Source of the DNA: an uncultured Eubacteriales bacterium | Lineage (GTDB): Bacteria > Bacillota > Clostridia > Oscillospirales > Acutalibacteraceae | Length of the DNA: 64,000 nucleotides | NCBI GenBank assembly: GCA_949293815.1 | Contig: CASFEZ010000018.1 | Location: 28,048-92,047, forward strand | Reading direction: 5' to 3' | In this document: positions 1 through 8,961 of the stretch, piece by piece | Layout of the letters: each line of letters opens with the position of its first letter | Numbering within the stretch: position 1 is the first letter of the stretch | Notes under the pieces: model-generated | What the model saw: only the letters and a program-made list of their open reading frames with translations | What the model was told of the DNA's origin: nothing | Databases searched by the model: none | Position numbers and translations under genes: made by a program

Positions 1-343
1 TCGCGGATATACGCTACTTCTGATTTCGGCTTTAACAGCATAACAATGTTCATTCCGATTCATCCTTTCCGCCGCATGCTGCGGCGATTGCTGCCGCGCT
101 TTTTTCTCTTTCTTTTTGCGGCTTACTGTTCCTTCTTTTTCTTCCCAACCTTATTGTAACCGATTTTAACCGACCACATATAAAGAACATGTAAACAAAA
201 AGGAAAAAATGCCAGTACAATTCTTTCTTTTTTTGTTCCATTTTTCCTTGTTAAACAATTATAAAATTTCTGCCAATATTTGGTCATTTCTATTGTTAAT
301 TCCCCAAAAAGCGCGTATACTATAAATATTCTATCTTTCATGT

Positions 344-1024
344 TTGGGAGGGCTGTTCTTGAAAGAGCTGGAAATAACCGCGCTGTTTGCGCTGGATTAT
401 ACCCTTGCAAAAACCTTTCTTGCCCGTTTTTGCTACCCGTGGGAGGCGCTGGGCGAAATCGGCGAATTTCTTACGGCGCTCGGCGCGGCGCTGCCGGAAG
501 GCTATGAACAGAAAGCGGAAGGCATTTGGGTGCATAGAACCGCAAAAATTCACCCAAGCGCACAGATTGCCGCCCCCTGTATCATCGACGAGGGCGCCGA
601 GCTGCGTCCCGGTGCATTTTTGCGCGGGAATGTACTCGTCGGAAAACACACGATCATCGGCAACTCCTGTGAGGTAAAAAATGCCATTCTATTCGACGAT
701 GTGCAGGTGCCCCATTTTAACTATGTGGGAGATTCCATCCTTGGGCACCTTTCGCATATGGGCGCGGGCGCAGTTACCTCCAATGTCAAAGGAGACCGGC
801 AGCCGGTATCCATTCACACGCCGGCGGGCGATTTGGCAACCGGCAGGAAAAAAGTGGGGGCGTTTCTCGGTGACGGCGCGGAGATTGGCTGCAACAGCGT
901 ATTAAATCCGGGCACAGTGATTGGGCAAGGTGCGCGGGTATACCCGCTCTCCTGCGTTCGGGGAACGGTTCCGGCAGGCTGTATCTATAAGAACGAAGAC
1001 ACCATAGTACCCATACAAAAATAA
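344..1024 (+). CDS. Hexapeptide-repeat (left-handed beta-helix) acyltransferase, GlmU C-terminal-domain-like
   Basis: 226-aa ORF with a recurring hexapeptide pattern (IIGNSCEVKNAILFDDVQV; IGCNSVLNPGTVIGQGARV). It lies 17 nt upstream of glmM. The ORF-track start is TTG at 344. An in-frame TTG at 359 follows a GGGAGGG RBS, so the 5' end is uncertain by 15 nt. Confidence 0.7.
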   Translation: MGGLFLKELEITALFALDYTLAKTFLARFCYPWEALGEIGEFLTALGAALPEGYEQKAEGIWVHRTAKIHPSAQIAAPCIIDEGAELRPGAFLRGNVLVGKHTIIGNSCEVKNAILFDDVQVPHFNYVGDSILGHLSHMGAGAVTSNVKGDRQPVSIHTPAGDLATGRKKVGAFLGDGAEIGCNSVLNPGTVIGQGARVYPLSCVRGTVPAGCIYKNEDTIVPIQK

Positions 1025-1041
1025 CGAAACGGAGGCTTATT

Positions 1042-2397
1042 ATGGGGGTTTTATTTGGAACAGACGGCATTCGCGGGATTGCCAATCAGGATTTGACGCC
1101 GGAGCTGGCCATGAGCGTCGGCAGAGCGGCGGCAGCGGTGCTGTCAGCGGACAACCGCAGGCATCCGAAATTTGTTATTGGCTACGACACGCGCCTGTCC
1201 TCGGGTATGCTTTCCTCAGCAGCCATCGCCGGGCTTTGCTCGGTGGGGGCGGATGTGATTGATTTAGGGCTGGTGCCCACCCCGGCCGTAGCCTATCTGG
1301 TAGGCAAATACAAGGCGGACGCGGGCATTATGATTTCCGCTTCGCACAATCCCTTTGCCTATAACGGGCTGAAAATTTTCAGCGGCGATGGCTACAAGCT
1401 GCCCGACGCGCTGGAAGAGGAAATCGAAAACATCATCACCGGCAATTCCCACCGCCACCCGCAAATGACCGCCGAGCAGGTCGGCCAGGTCAGCAAAGCA
1501 GAATGCGCGGTGAAGGATTATGTCCATCACTTAAAAAGCACCGTACCCTATTCGCTGGACGGCATGAAAATTGCCGTAGACTGCGCCAACGGCTCCGCGT
1601 CTGCCACAGCGAAACGGCTGTTTGGCGAGCTGGGCGCCGAATGCCATATGCTCTACAGCGAGCCCAACGGCACCAATATCAACGAGGGCTGCGGCTCTAC
1701 CCACCCGGAAGCGCTGTGCGCCTATGTAAAAGAGCACCATTTGGACGCGGGCTGTGCCTTCGACGGCGACGCCGACCGCTGCTTCTGCGTGGATGACAAG
1801 GGCAATTTGATTGACGGGGACAATATTATGGCCATTTGCGCGCCGGATATGAAAATGCGCGGCAAGCTGGCGAAGAATACCATTGTGGGCACCATTATGA
1901 CCAATCTGGGGTTTGTGAAATTCTGTGAAGAAAACGGCATTGCCTTTGCCGCCACCAAGGTCGGCGACCGGTATGTTTTGGAGCAGATGCTGCTGGAGGA
2001 TTTTAACTTCGGCGGAGAACAGTCCGGGCATATTATCTTTCGCGACTTCGCCACCACCGGCGACGGGCAGCTGACCGCCATTCAGCTGCTATCGCAAATC
2101 CGCCGCACCGGCGAACGGCTTTCTGATTTGTCACACTGTATGAAAAAATTCCCCCAGACCATGATTAATGTTACCGTCAGCGCAGAAGGAAAGCTGGCTT
2201 TCTACACCGACCAGAAAATTAAGCAGGCATCGGAAGAAGCCCGGGAAAAGCTCGGTGAGGACGGGCGGCTGGTGCTGCGCGCCTCCGGTACGGAACCGCT
2301 GATTCGCGTCATGACCGAGCACAAAAATGCCGAAATTGCCTCGTCTGTAGCAAAAGAGCTGGCGGAAGTGGTGCAGACACGGCTGGGCAGCAAATAA
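1042..2397 (+). CDS. glmM: Phosphoglucosamine mutase
   Basis: 451 aa. N-terminus MGVLFGTDGIRG, active-site phosphoserine loop SASHNP, and FDGDADR metal loop. GGAGG RBS 6 nt upstream of the ATG. Confidence 0.95.
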   Translation: MGVLFGTDGIRGIANQDLTPELAMSVGRAAAAVLSADNRRHPKFVIGYDTRLSSGMLSSAAIAGLCSVGADVIDLGLVPTPAVAYLVGKYKADAGIMISASHNPFAYNGLKIFSGDGYKLPDALEEEIENIITGNSHRHPQMTAEQVGQVSKAECAVKDYVHHLKSTVPYSLDGMKIAVDCANGSASATAKRLFGELGAECHMLYSEPNGTNINEGCGSTHPEALCAYVKEHHLDAGCAFDGDADRCFCVDDKGNLIDGDNIMAICAPDMKMRGKLAKNTIVGTIMTNLGFVKFCEENGIAFAATKVGDRYVLEQMLLEDFNFGGEQSGHIIFRDFATTGDGQLTAIQLLSQIRRTGERLSDLSHCMKKFPQTMINVTVSAEGKLAFYTDQKIKQASEEAREKLGEDGRLVLRASGTEPLIRVMTEHKNAEIASSVAKELAEVVQTRLGSK

Positions 2398-2528
2398 ATC
2401 CGCCCTGTTTCACCGCAAAAATGCGCTGACCGGCATCAAACGCAAAAAGCGCGGATCGTTTCTGCGTTTGCAAATAAAGATAAATCCGCTTCAGAAAAAT
2501 TATCGGCGTATCCATGTCCACAGCATCG

Positions 2529-2560
2529 CAAAAAAACCGCTCTTTGGGCGGTTTTTTTTG
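2529..2560 (+). terminator. Intrinsic terminator-like hairpin downstream of glmM
   Basis: AAAAAAACCGC-tctttgg-GCGGTTTTTTTT. Short GC stem followed by a T8 run, flanked by an A-run so it could act in both directions. Confidence 0.55.
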
Positions 2561-2845
2561 CGATCCGGCTTTGCGGCTAGCGCATGGAGAAAAAACAGCC
2601 ATCCCGAGCGCTTCTGTTTTTTACAAAAGAAACATCGGCGGTCATACGGATTCTGCCGGTTTTGTGCGTTGTTTGCCTGCCTTTTTCGTCCTTTGGGCGC
2701 CGGATGATTTTTTGACACCCGCCCGCCGATTACAGAATAGGATGTATCGAAAATAAGCGCAGCCCGAACCGCCGGAGGCGCAGCCGCTCAGATGACCGTC
2801 GGCTCAAAAGGGCTTCGCATAACATACAGCGCCCGTGTATTGCCG

Positions 2846-2876
2846 CGGCGCATGCCTGAGGCATGCTGCGTTTTTT
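2846..2876 (+). terminator. Orphan plus-strand intrinsic terminator (no upstream ORF)
   Basis: GCGCATGCC-tga-GGCATGCTGCG followed by TTTTTT. No convincing plus-strand CDS lies between glmM and this hairpin. Confidence 0.5.
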
Positions 2877-2889
2877 ACCGATTGGCGCA

Positions 2890-2931
2890 CAAAAAACCGA
2901 ACCCTGCCCACGCGCAGCAGGGTTCGGTTTT
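2890..2931 (-). terminator. Intrinsic terminator of the acidic Zn-ribbon gene
   Basis: 11-bp perfect stem CCGAACCCTGC/GCAGGGTTCGG. On the minus strand it is followed by TTTTTT. It sits 20 nt after the stop at 2950. Confidence 0.8.
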
Positions 2932-2949
2932 GTACGCCGTAAACAACGA

Positions 2950-3366
2950 TTATTCGTCGTCTTCCTCTTCGATGGTCAAATCTTCCAGTTCGGCGCCGCA
3001 GGCCGGGCAGACAATGGGATCGTCGGAATCGAAAATGCTCTCGTCTAAATAAATGGTCTTGCCGCAGGCGGGGCATTCCAGCTCAAACATGGTATCATCG
3101 TCACAGCAATCACAATCACAGTCATCATCACAGCAATCGCAATCGTCATCGTACACATACTCTTCCAAATCGCCCAAATCCTCATCTACCGCGTCGAGCT
3201 GTTCGGTGACGGCTTCCATCTGGTCATCCAAATCGGTGATGCAAAGCGCCAGATCGTCGATAATTTCAACAACCTTTTTCAAAAGCTTTACGGAATCCTT
3301 GTCGTCGTCCAGCTTGGCAGCATCGGCAAAGCCTTTCAAATATGCGGCTTTTTCAGTAATCGTCAT
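2950..3366 (-). CDS. Highly acidic Asp/Cys-rich protein with C-terminal CxxC...CxxC zinc ribbon (resembles clostridial CD1247-N-terminal-domain proteins)
   Basis: 138 aa. Helical acidic N-terminal part, then the tract DDDCDCCDDDCDCDCCDDD, then CPACGKTIYLD...VCPACG. AGGAGG RBS 7 nt upstream. Confidence 0.75.
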   Translation of the reverse strand: MTITEKAAYLKGFADAAKLDDDKDSVKLLKKVVEIIDDLALCITDLDDQMEAVTEQLDAVDEDLGDLEEYVYDDDCDCCDDDCDCDCCDDDTMFELECPACGKTIYLDESIFDSDDPIVCPACGAELEDLTIEEEDDE

Positions 3367-3404
3367 GAGATAAACCTCCTAAAAAAGGGAATCGTTTTTT
3401 GTTC

Positions 3405-3962
3405 TTACGCTCTGGACATATATTCGCCCGTTCTGGTATCGACCTGAATCATTTCGCCCTCATCAATGAAAAGCGGAACCTTGATTTCAGCGCCGGTTTC
3501 CAGCGTGGCGGGTTTTAAGGTATTGGTCGCCGTATCGCCCTTAAAGCCGGGGTCGGTTTTGGTGACCTGCAGGGTAACAAAGTTGGGGGGTTCTACGCCG
3601 AACACCTTGCCTTTGTAGGAAAGGATGCGGCAGACCATCTGCTCTTTCACGAACTTGAAGTTATCGTCCAGCTCGCTGGCGCTGATGGGAATCAGCTCAT
3701 AGGAATCGGGGTCCATAAAGTAATACAGGTCGCCGTCGTTATAGGAATACTCCATCTCTTTTCTCTCGACAAAAGCGGTGGGGAATTTATCCGTCGGGCT
3801 GAAGGTTTTTTCAACCACAGAACCCTGAATCACATTTCTGAGCTTTGTACGAACAAACGCCGCGCCTTTGCCGGGCTTAACATGCTGAAATTCAATAATC
3901 TGCCAAACCGCGCCATCCATTTCAAAAGTTACGCCGTTTCTGAAATCACCGGCTGTTACCAT
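3405..3962 (-). CDS. efp: Elongation factor P
   Basis: [17 protein letters not shown]...[18 protein letters not shown] is the canonical EF-P N-terminus. The ORF-track start (TTG at 3971) was trimmed to the ATG at 3962, which has a GAAAGGA RBS upstream and gives 185 aa. Confidence 0.93.
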   Translation of the reverse strand: MVTAGDFRNGVTFEMDGAVWQIIEFQHVKPGKGAAFVRTKLRNVIQGSVVEKTFSPTDKFPTAFVERKEMEYSYNDGDLYYFMDPDSYELIPISASELDDNFKFVKEQMVCRILSYKGKVFGVEPPNFVTLQVTKTDPGFKGDTATNTLKPATLETGAEIKVPLFIDEGEMIQVDTRTGEYMSRA

Positions 3963-4089
3963 AGTTTTCAAATCCTTTCTTCACAGCGGCCGATTGCCGC
4001 ACAAAATAACAAGAATATAATATAATATTTCCGGCGGCATTGCAAGTATTTTTTCACTAAAGCCGCCAAATATACGCGATATATTGATA

Positions 4090-5172
4090 TTATAAAACAA
4101 TAAGCGCTTCCGGCGCCTCGGTCAGGCGGCGGCAGCCGTTTTTTTCAATCAAAACCATATCTTCGACCCGCACACCAAAGCGCGAGGGAAGATAGATCCC
4201 CGGCTCCACGGTCACCACATTGCCCTCGCACAGCACATAGTCCGAGCGGGGGGAAAGATTGGGGAACTCGTGGATTTCCAGCCCGACGCCGTGACCGGTG
4301 CTGTGGCGGAAAAAACCGCCGTACCCGGCGTCTTCAATCACCTGGCGGGCAGCCTTGTCGCCGTCCGACGCGCGAACACCGGCGGAAAGCATCTGTTCGA
4401 CGGTATTTTTCGCGTCCAATACGGTTTGATACACCCTCTTCTGCTCTTCGCTGACAGAACCGACCGCAACGGTACGGGTCATATCGCTGTGCAGACCGCC
4501 GACCACCGCACCGTAATCCATGGTGACAAAATCGCCGTTTTGCACCTGCCGCGCCCCTGGGACGCCATGGGGCTTGGAGGTATTTTCGCCGCTGATGGCA
4601 ATGGTCTCAAAGGAGAGCGCCTCTGCTCCGTGGGAAAGCATAAAATAGTCCAGCTGCAGCGCAATCTCACGCTCGGTGACACCGGGACGAATAAAGCCTA
4701 AAATATGTTCAAAAGCCTGCTCGGCAATGCGCTGCGCCGCAGCGATTTGCGCGGTCTCCTCTTCGGTTTTGATACACCGCAGCGCGTCCAGACAGTCATC
4801 GACCGCGCCGGTCGTAAGCACCGTTATTCTTTCCAGCGCTGCCTGCAATTTCGCTGCCTCGCGGCAGGAAAGCCGCCCGGCTTCGATCTCCACCTTGTCG
4901 ATTTGATTTTTATCAAAAAAAGCGGCAAGCTGGGCATACAGCTTGTCCTGTTCGCAAACAGGCATATCGGTTACACTTTGCTGCGCCGCCTCAATATACC
5001 GGCTGTCGGTCAAAAACAGCGCGTCCGCTGGGCTGATGAGAACAAAACCGTCCGAAGAGGCAAAGCCGGTCATATACCGGCGGCTGACCTCGGAGGTCAG
5101 CAAAATCGCTGTTGTTGTATCTGCGCCGCCCTCGCGGTAAAACAGGGCGCGCAGGGCGTCAAGATTACTCAT
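4090..5172 (-). CDS. Xaa-Pro aminopeptidase / M24 family metallopeptidase
   Basis: 360 aa. Creatinase-like N-domain plus M24 pita-bread motifs (HSTGHGVGLEIHEFP, EPGIY). AAGGAGG RBS. The start overlaps the yqeG stop (ATGA). Confidence 0.88.
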   Translation of the reverse strand: MSNLDALRALFYREGGADTTTAILLTSEVSRRYMTGFASSDGFVLISPADALFLTDSRYIEAAQQSVTDMPVCEQDKLYAQLAAFFDKNQIDKVEIEAGRLSCREAAKLQAALERITVLTTGAVDDCLDALRCIKTEEETAQIAAAQRIAEQAFEHILGFIRPGVTEREIALQLDYFMLSHGAEALSFETIAISGENTSKPHGVPGARQVQNGDFVTMDYGAVVGGLHSDMTRTVAVGSVSEEQKRVYQTVLDAKNTVEQMLSAGVRASDGDKAARQVIEDAGYGGFFRHSTGHGVGLEIHEFPNLSPRSDYVLCEGNVVTVEPGIYLPSRFGVRVEDMVLIEKNGCRRLTEAPEALIVL

Positions 5173-5678
5173 TTGACCTCCTTGTACTCAATGCCGTATT
5201 TTTCGCAAAACTCTTTTTCTCTGGCTCTGCGGCGGGCAAACTTTTTGGCAAAAATCTTCTCCTTCATAAACGGGCGCACCCAAATCGAGATAGCGCCGCA
5301 CTCGTTCGCCGCCTCCACATCGGCAAACAGCTGGTCGCCGATCATGGCGAAATTTTCCAGCGGCACGCCAATCTGCGAAGCGGCCTTTACCACGTTTTTG
5401 GGGTCGGGCTTATTGGACAGCGCCAGATACGGCACGCCGAATTTTTTGGAAATCCAACGGGCACGCAGCGGATAAGTATTGGAAATAATGATAATCGGAA
5501 TCCCCGCAGCTTTGACCTTGCGAATCCAGGGAAGAACCCCCTCCCGCGGGCGCAGGGTAGAGTCATAGACCGTGGTATTATCCAGGTCGATGCCGACAGC
5601 CACGGCGCCGATGCGCCGCAGTTCCTCAGGCGTAATTTCTGTAATAGAATTGTAGATATATTTCGGCATTGCGTCCAT
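5169..5678 (-). CDS. yqeG: YqeG-family HAD-IIIA phosphatase
   Basis: GIDLDNTTV (the DxD HAD motif I) and MIGDQLFADV (motif IV). About 170 aa, as for YqeG. Start placed at ATG 5678 (MDAMPKY), 6 nt after a GGGGGGTG RBS. Confidence 0.75.
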   Translation of the reverse strand: MDAMPKYIYNSITEITPEELRRIGAVAVGIDLDNTTVYDSTLRPREGVLPWIRKVKAAGIPIIIISNTYPLRARWISKKFGVPYLALSNKPDPKNVVKAASQIGVPLENFAMIGDQLFADVEAANECGAISIWVRPFMKEKIFAKKFARRRAREKEFCEKYGIEYKEVK

Positions 5679-5703
5679 ACGGCCCACCCCCCTTGGCGAA
5701 AAT

Positions 5704-5731
5704 AAGGCGGGCTCAAAACTTGAGTCCGCCT
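5704..5731 (-). terminator. Intrinsic terminator of rpsU
   Basis: GGCGGACTCAAG-tt-TTGAGCCCGCC on the minus strand, followed by TTATTTT. It begins 7 nt after the rpsU stop. Confidence 0.75.
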
Positions 5732-5737
5732 CACACT

Positions 5738-5914
5738 TTATTTATACTTGCGTTTCCGAGCGGCTTCCGATTTCTTTTTGCGTTTTACGGAAGGCTTCTC
5801 GTAATGTTCTCTCTTGCGGACTTCCTGAATCACGCCGTCCCTGGAGGTCTGACGCTTAAATCTTCTCAGAGCGCTATCAAGAGATTCATTTTCTTTTACT
5901 TTTACCTGGCTCAT
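5738..5914 (-). CDS. rpsU: 30S ribosomal protein S21 (58 aa, below the ORF-track length cut-off)
   Basis: Hand translation gives [71 protein letters not shown] upstream. Confidence 0.9.
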   Translation of the reverse strand: MSQVKVKENESLDSALRRFKRQTSRDGVIQEVRKREHYEKPSVKRKKKSEAARKRKYK

Positions 5915-5986
5915 ATATTCCCTCCCTCCGCATAAGCAGGGGTATTATTCCCGTATTACATCAACACTATCTGCTGATACTGTATT

Positions 5987-6015
5987 AGTATATATCACAC
6001 AAAGTTGCTTGTCAA
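5987..6015 (-). promoter_or_regulatory. SigA-type promoter for rpsU
   Basis: On the minus strand: TTGACA, 17-nt spacer, TATACT. Located about 70 nt upstream of the rpsU start. Confidence 0.55.
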
Positions 6016-6088
6016 TAAGTTTTTTTCATTAACCTTCCAAATTTTATAATTTTTTTTTGCTGAGAGGCTGTGCTTTGACGATTTTCCC

Positions 6089-6116
6089 TTGATTTCCTGT
6101 CAAAAACAGATATAAT
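6089..6116 (+). promoter_or_regulatory. SigA-type promoter for the murL-like/murD pair
   Basis: TTGATT, 16-nt spacer, TATAAT. Located about 20 nt upstream of the ATG at 6135. Confidence 0.45.
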
Positions 6117-6134
6117 CTAATACAGGTGATGTGA

Positions 6135-7508
6135 ATGAAACTGAAAGACTTGGCTTTTCGCCGGGATTATCCCGCTTTTCACTATAAAAGCTATCATATA
6201 CAAAAGGACGATGGGCGCATTACCCTGCGCTTTGATTTTGAAATTCCCGGGCTGTGCACCTTTTCGCCGACTACGGTTATTGAAACCGGCAATCTTTCCC
6301 TGATGAATCCGCCGGACGATGAAGCGGCAAGAGAACTGGTGTTTTCCTTAGGGCTGGTGGAGTGCGTCAGCTATTTGAAGGCGGTCTGTCCCGAGCGCCT
6401 TGTGGTGCATTGCGGCGCGCTTTCCGAAGAAGACCGGCGGTGGTGGCAAAAGCTTTATTACCACGGGCTGGGTGAGTTTTTATACCGCAACGACCTTCAG
6501 ACCGATGAACAGTCGCTTCTGACCATCTGCGCCCCCGAAAAGAAAGAGGCGTCTGCTCCGGCTGCCCGTTTTGGGATGGATGTAATTATCCCCGTCGGCG
6601 GGGGCAAGGACTCCGCCGTGACGGCGACGCTTCTGAAAAACTGCGGAAAGCGCATTCGGTATTTTACCGTGAATGACCAGCCCGCCCGCACCGCAACGGT
6701 TCTCGCGGCGGGCGGCAGCGAAAGGGATATGATTCGCACCCGACGCACCATCGCCCCCAATCTTTTGAAACTGAACCGGGAGGGCTTTTTGAACGGGCAT
6801 ACGCCTTTTTCCGCGATTGTGGCGTTTTTGGCAGCCTACTGCGCCTACCTGACCGGCAGCAGGGATATTGTGCTTTCCAATGAGGCCAGCGCCAATGAAT
6901 CGAATATTGCGGGCCTTCCGGTCAACCATCAATATTCCAAATCCTACGAATTTGAACAGGATGTCAGCGATTATATTCAGAACCGGCTCGGGCTGCCCAT
7001 GCGCTATTTCAGCCTGCTGCGCCCGTTTAACGAGCTGCAAATTGCCAAATACTTTGCCGCGCTGCCGGCGTTTCATCCGGTGTTCCGCAGCTGCAATGCG
7101 GGCAGCAAGCAGAATATCTGGTGCGGTCACTGCCCGAAATGCCTGTTTGTTTACTGCATTTTGGCACCGTTTCTGCCAAAGGACGCGCTGGATCGCATTT
7201 TCGGCGGGTGCCTGACGGACAAAACGGAGCTTCTGGAAGATTTTAAGGGGCTTTGCGGTCTGTCGCCGGTTAAACCCTTTGAATGCGTGGGAACGGTCTC
7301 CGAGCTTTGCGCCGCGCTTCAGATGACCATTCAGAAATACCAGAAAGAGGGCATCCCCCTGCCCGCCCTGTTGGCATATTATGCAAAGGAAACCGAAAAC
7401 CGCCCGGCGCCCCACGATTTTCTTTCCGATTACAACGAGGAAAACGGCATACCCGCAGAATACCTGCCCTATGTAAAGGAGATGTACCGCTATGTTTCGC
7501 AGCATTGA
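6135..7508 (+). CDS. murL: PP-loop ATP-pyrophosphatase-fold protein, candidate UDP-MurNAc-L-Ala-L-Glu epimerase (MurL-like)
   Basis: 457 aa. PP-loop VIIPVGGGKDSAVTA in mid-protein and a Cys cluster WCGHCPKCLFVY. Its 3' end overlaps the MurD-type ligase gene by 17 nt. The MurL assignment is from memory of the MurD2/MurL pairing and was not searched. Confidence 0.55.
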   Translation: MKLKDLAFRRDYPAFHYKSYHIQKDDGRITLRFDFEIPGLCTFSPTTVIETGNLSLMNPPDDEAARELVFSLGLVECVSYLKAVCPERLVVHCGALSEEDRRWWQKLYYHGLGEFLYRNDLQTDEQSLLTICAPEKKEASAPAARFGMDVIIPVGGGKDSAVTATLLKNCGKRIRYFTVNDQPARTATVLAAGGSERDMIRTRRTIAPNLLKLNREGFLNGHTPFSAIVAFLAAYCAYLTGSRDIVLSNEASANESNIAGLPVNHQYSKSYEFEQDVSDYIQNRLGLPMRYFSLLRPFNELQIAKYFAALPAFHPVFRSCNAGSKQNIWCGHCPKCLFVYCILAPFLPKDALDRIFGGCLTDKTELLEDFKGLCGLSPVKPFECVGTVSELCAALQMTIQKYQKEGIPLPALLAYYAKETENRPAPHDFLSDYNEENGIPAEYLPYVKEMYRYVSQH

Positions 7509-8811
7509 CACCCTCATTGCCGATTTGGCTGACAAGCGCATTCTGATTCTCGGTTTTGGTCGGGAGGGGCGCTCCAGCTATGCCTTTTTGCGCAAGCATT
7601 TCCCGGATAAACCATTGGGAATAGCGGATAAAAACAATATCACCCTTACTGACCCGGCGGTAACGCTGCACTGCGGGGCGCAGTATCTGGACGCGATGGG
7701 CGACTATGATATTGTTTTGAAAAGCCCGGGCATCCCCTTTGTGGGCGTGGACATTCCGCCCCGGTGCACAGTGAGTTGCCAGACGGACTTGTTTTTGAAA
7801 TATTCCGACAGCACCGTCATTGGCGTAACGGGCACCAAGGGCAAAACCACCACCGCGACCCTGATTTTTCGTATGCTGCAAGCGGCGGGACTGCGGGCGC
7901 GCCTGGTGGGGAATGTGGGCGTGCCGGTGCTTGACCATATTGGGGAAGCTGAAAACGAAATTACGGTCATGGAGCTGTCCTGCCACCAGCTGGAATTTAT
8001 GACCACCTCGCCCCATATCGCCGTAATCACCAATATCTACGAGGAACATCTTGACCACTATAACAACGGCTTTGCGGGGTATTTGGCGGCAAAAATGAAC
8101 ATTGCCGCCCATCAGCAGGCCAACGATTTCTTTATCTACAACCCGAAATCCACTGCCGGGGATTATATTACTCCCGAAACTCTGCCGGCGAAGGTGATTT
8201 TGGCAGACCCGACTGCGCCGGATGCATTTCTGGACGAGCTGGCTGCCGCCAATCCCCATTTGCGGGGCAGCCATAACCGCCAGAATATCTGCGTTGCCAT
8301 GGCGGTCGTGCGGCGATTGGGTGTGCCGGACGCGGCGATTCGCAAAGCCATTTTGGATTTTGAGGGCATTGCCAACCGGATGGAGCTGGTGGGCATTTAC
8401 AACGAAGTCGCCTATTACAACGACAGCATTGCCACCATTCCCTATTCGGTAATCATGGGGGTGGATTCGCTGGGGAATGTGGGTTCTCTGCTCATCGGCG
8501 GTATGGACAGGGGGTTGGATTACCGGGACTTTGCCGACCAGCTTGCCCGCCGCCAGATTGACAATATCATCTGCCTGCCCGACACCGGTCACCAAATCGC
8601 CGAGCTGCTGCAAGAGCGCCATTGCCGCTCGAACATTGTCCTTGCCGCTGATATGGAGGAAGCGGTACGCGCCGCCGTAAAGCTTACCCCAAAGGGCAAG
8701 GCCTGCGTCCTCTCCCCCGCCGCCGCGAGCTATAATGTCTATCGGGATTTTGAGGAAAAGGGCAATCATTTTAAAACGCTGGTCAAGCAATACGGTAAAC
8801 AGCAGGCGTAA
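7492..8811 (+). CDS. murD: UDP-N-acetylmuramoyl-L-alanine--glutamate ligase (MurD type; possibly the L-Glu-adding MurD2 subtype)
   Basis: 439 aa. N-terminal Rossmann segment ILILGFGREGRS and Mur ligase P-loop GVTGTKGKTTTATL. Size and layout match MurD. Confidence 0.85.
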   Translation: MFRSIDTLIADLADKRILILGFGREGRSSYAFLRKHFPDKPLGIADKNNITLTDPAVTLHCGAQYLDAMGDYDIVLKSPGIPFVGVDIPPRCTVSCQTDLFLKYSDSTVIGVTGTKGKTTTATLIFRMLQAAGLRARLVGNVGVPVLDHIGEAENEITVMELSCHQLEFMTTSPHIAVITNIYEEHLDHYNNGFAGYLAAKMNIAAHQQANDFFIYNPKSTAGDYITPETLPAKVILADPTAPDAFLDELAAANPHLRGSHNRQNICVAMAVVRRLGVPDAAIRKAILDFEGIANRMELVGIYNEVAYYNDSIATIPYSVIMGVDSLGNVGSLLIGGMDRGLDYRDFADQLARRQIDNIICLPDTGHQIAELLQERHCRSNIVLAADMEEAVRAAVKLTPKGKACVLSPAAASYNVYRDFEEKGNHFKTLVKQYGKQQA

Positions 8812-8894
8812 AAAAGGGTCGGCAGCAGCCCTCTCTCGCTTACCAAATCAAAACCATATTTGCGGGAATGCCCGTTTTATCCAAATACAGCGCA

Positions 8895-8935
8895 CAAAAG
8901 AGCCGCTCCGGCGAACCGGGGCGGCTCTTGTTTTA
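8895..8935. terminator. Bidirectional terminator between the convergent murD and giant genes
   Basis: AGAGCCGC-(15-nt loop)-GCGGCTCT, flanked by AAAA on one side and TGTTTT on the other. Confidence 0.65.
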
Positions 8936-8961
8936 CTTAACGGACATAAGCAGCTGCTCTG

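Noticed and set aside
50-241. 63-aa minus-strand ORF (MEQKKKELYWHFFLFVYMFFICG...) at the window start
   Set aside because: It has one hydrophobic stretch and a weak AAGGA close to the ATG, but no recognisable family, a low-complexity basic tail, and an overlap with another equally weak ORF (123-410). The support is too weak to call a gene.
2740-2876. Partial resemblance (GCAGCC...CAGAUGAC) to the SRP/4.5S RNA domain IV region
   Set aside because: The diagnostic GGAA tetraloop hairpin and the AGCA symmetric loop context are missing, and the proposed helix does not pair. This is kept only as an unclassified candidate sRNA.
6480-8790. 353-aa and 506-aa minus-strand ORFs opposite the murL-like and murD genes
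   Set aside because: These are Arg/Gly/Ala-rich nonsense translations opposite genes with clear catalytic motifs, the usual high-GC antisense ORFs. The same applies to 4705-5475, 17823-19220, 21504-22520, 24950-25978, 31462-32451, 45048-46442, 46451-47599, 56295-57365 and 60945-61757.
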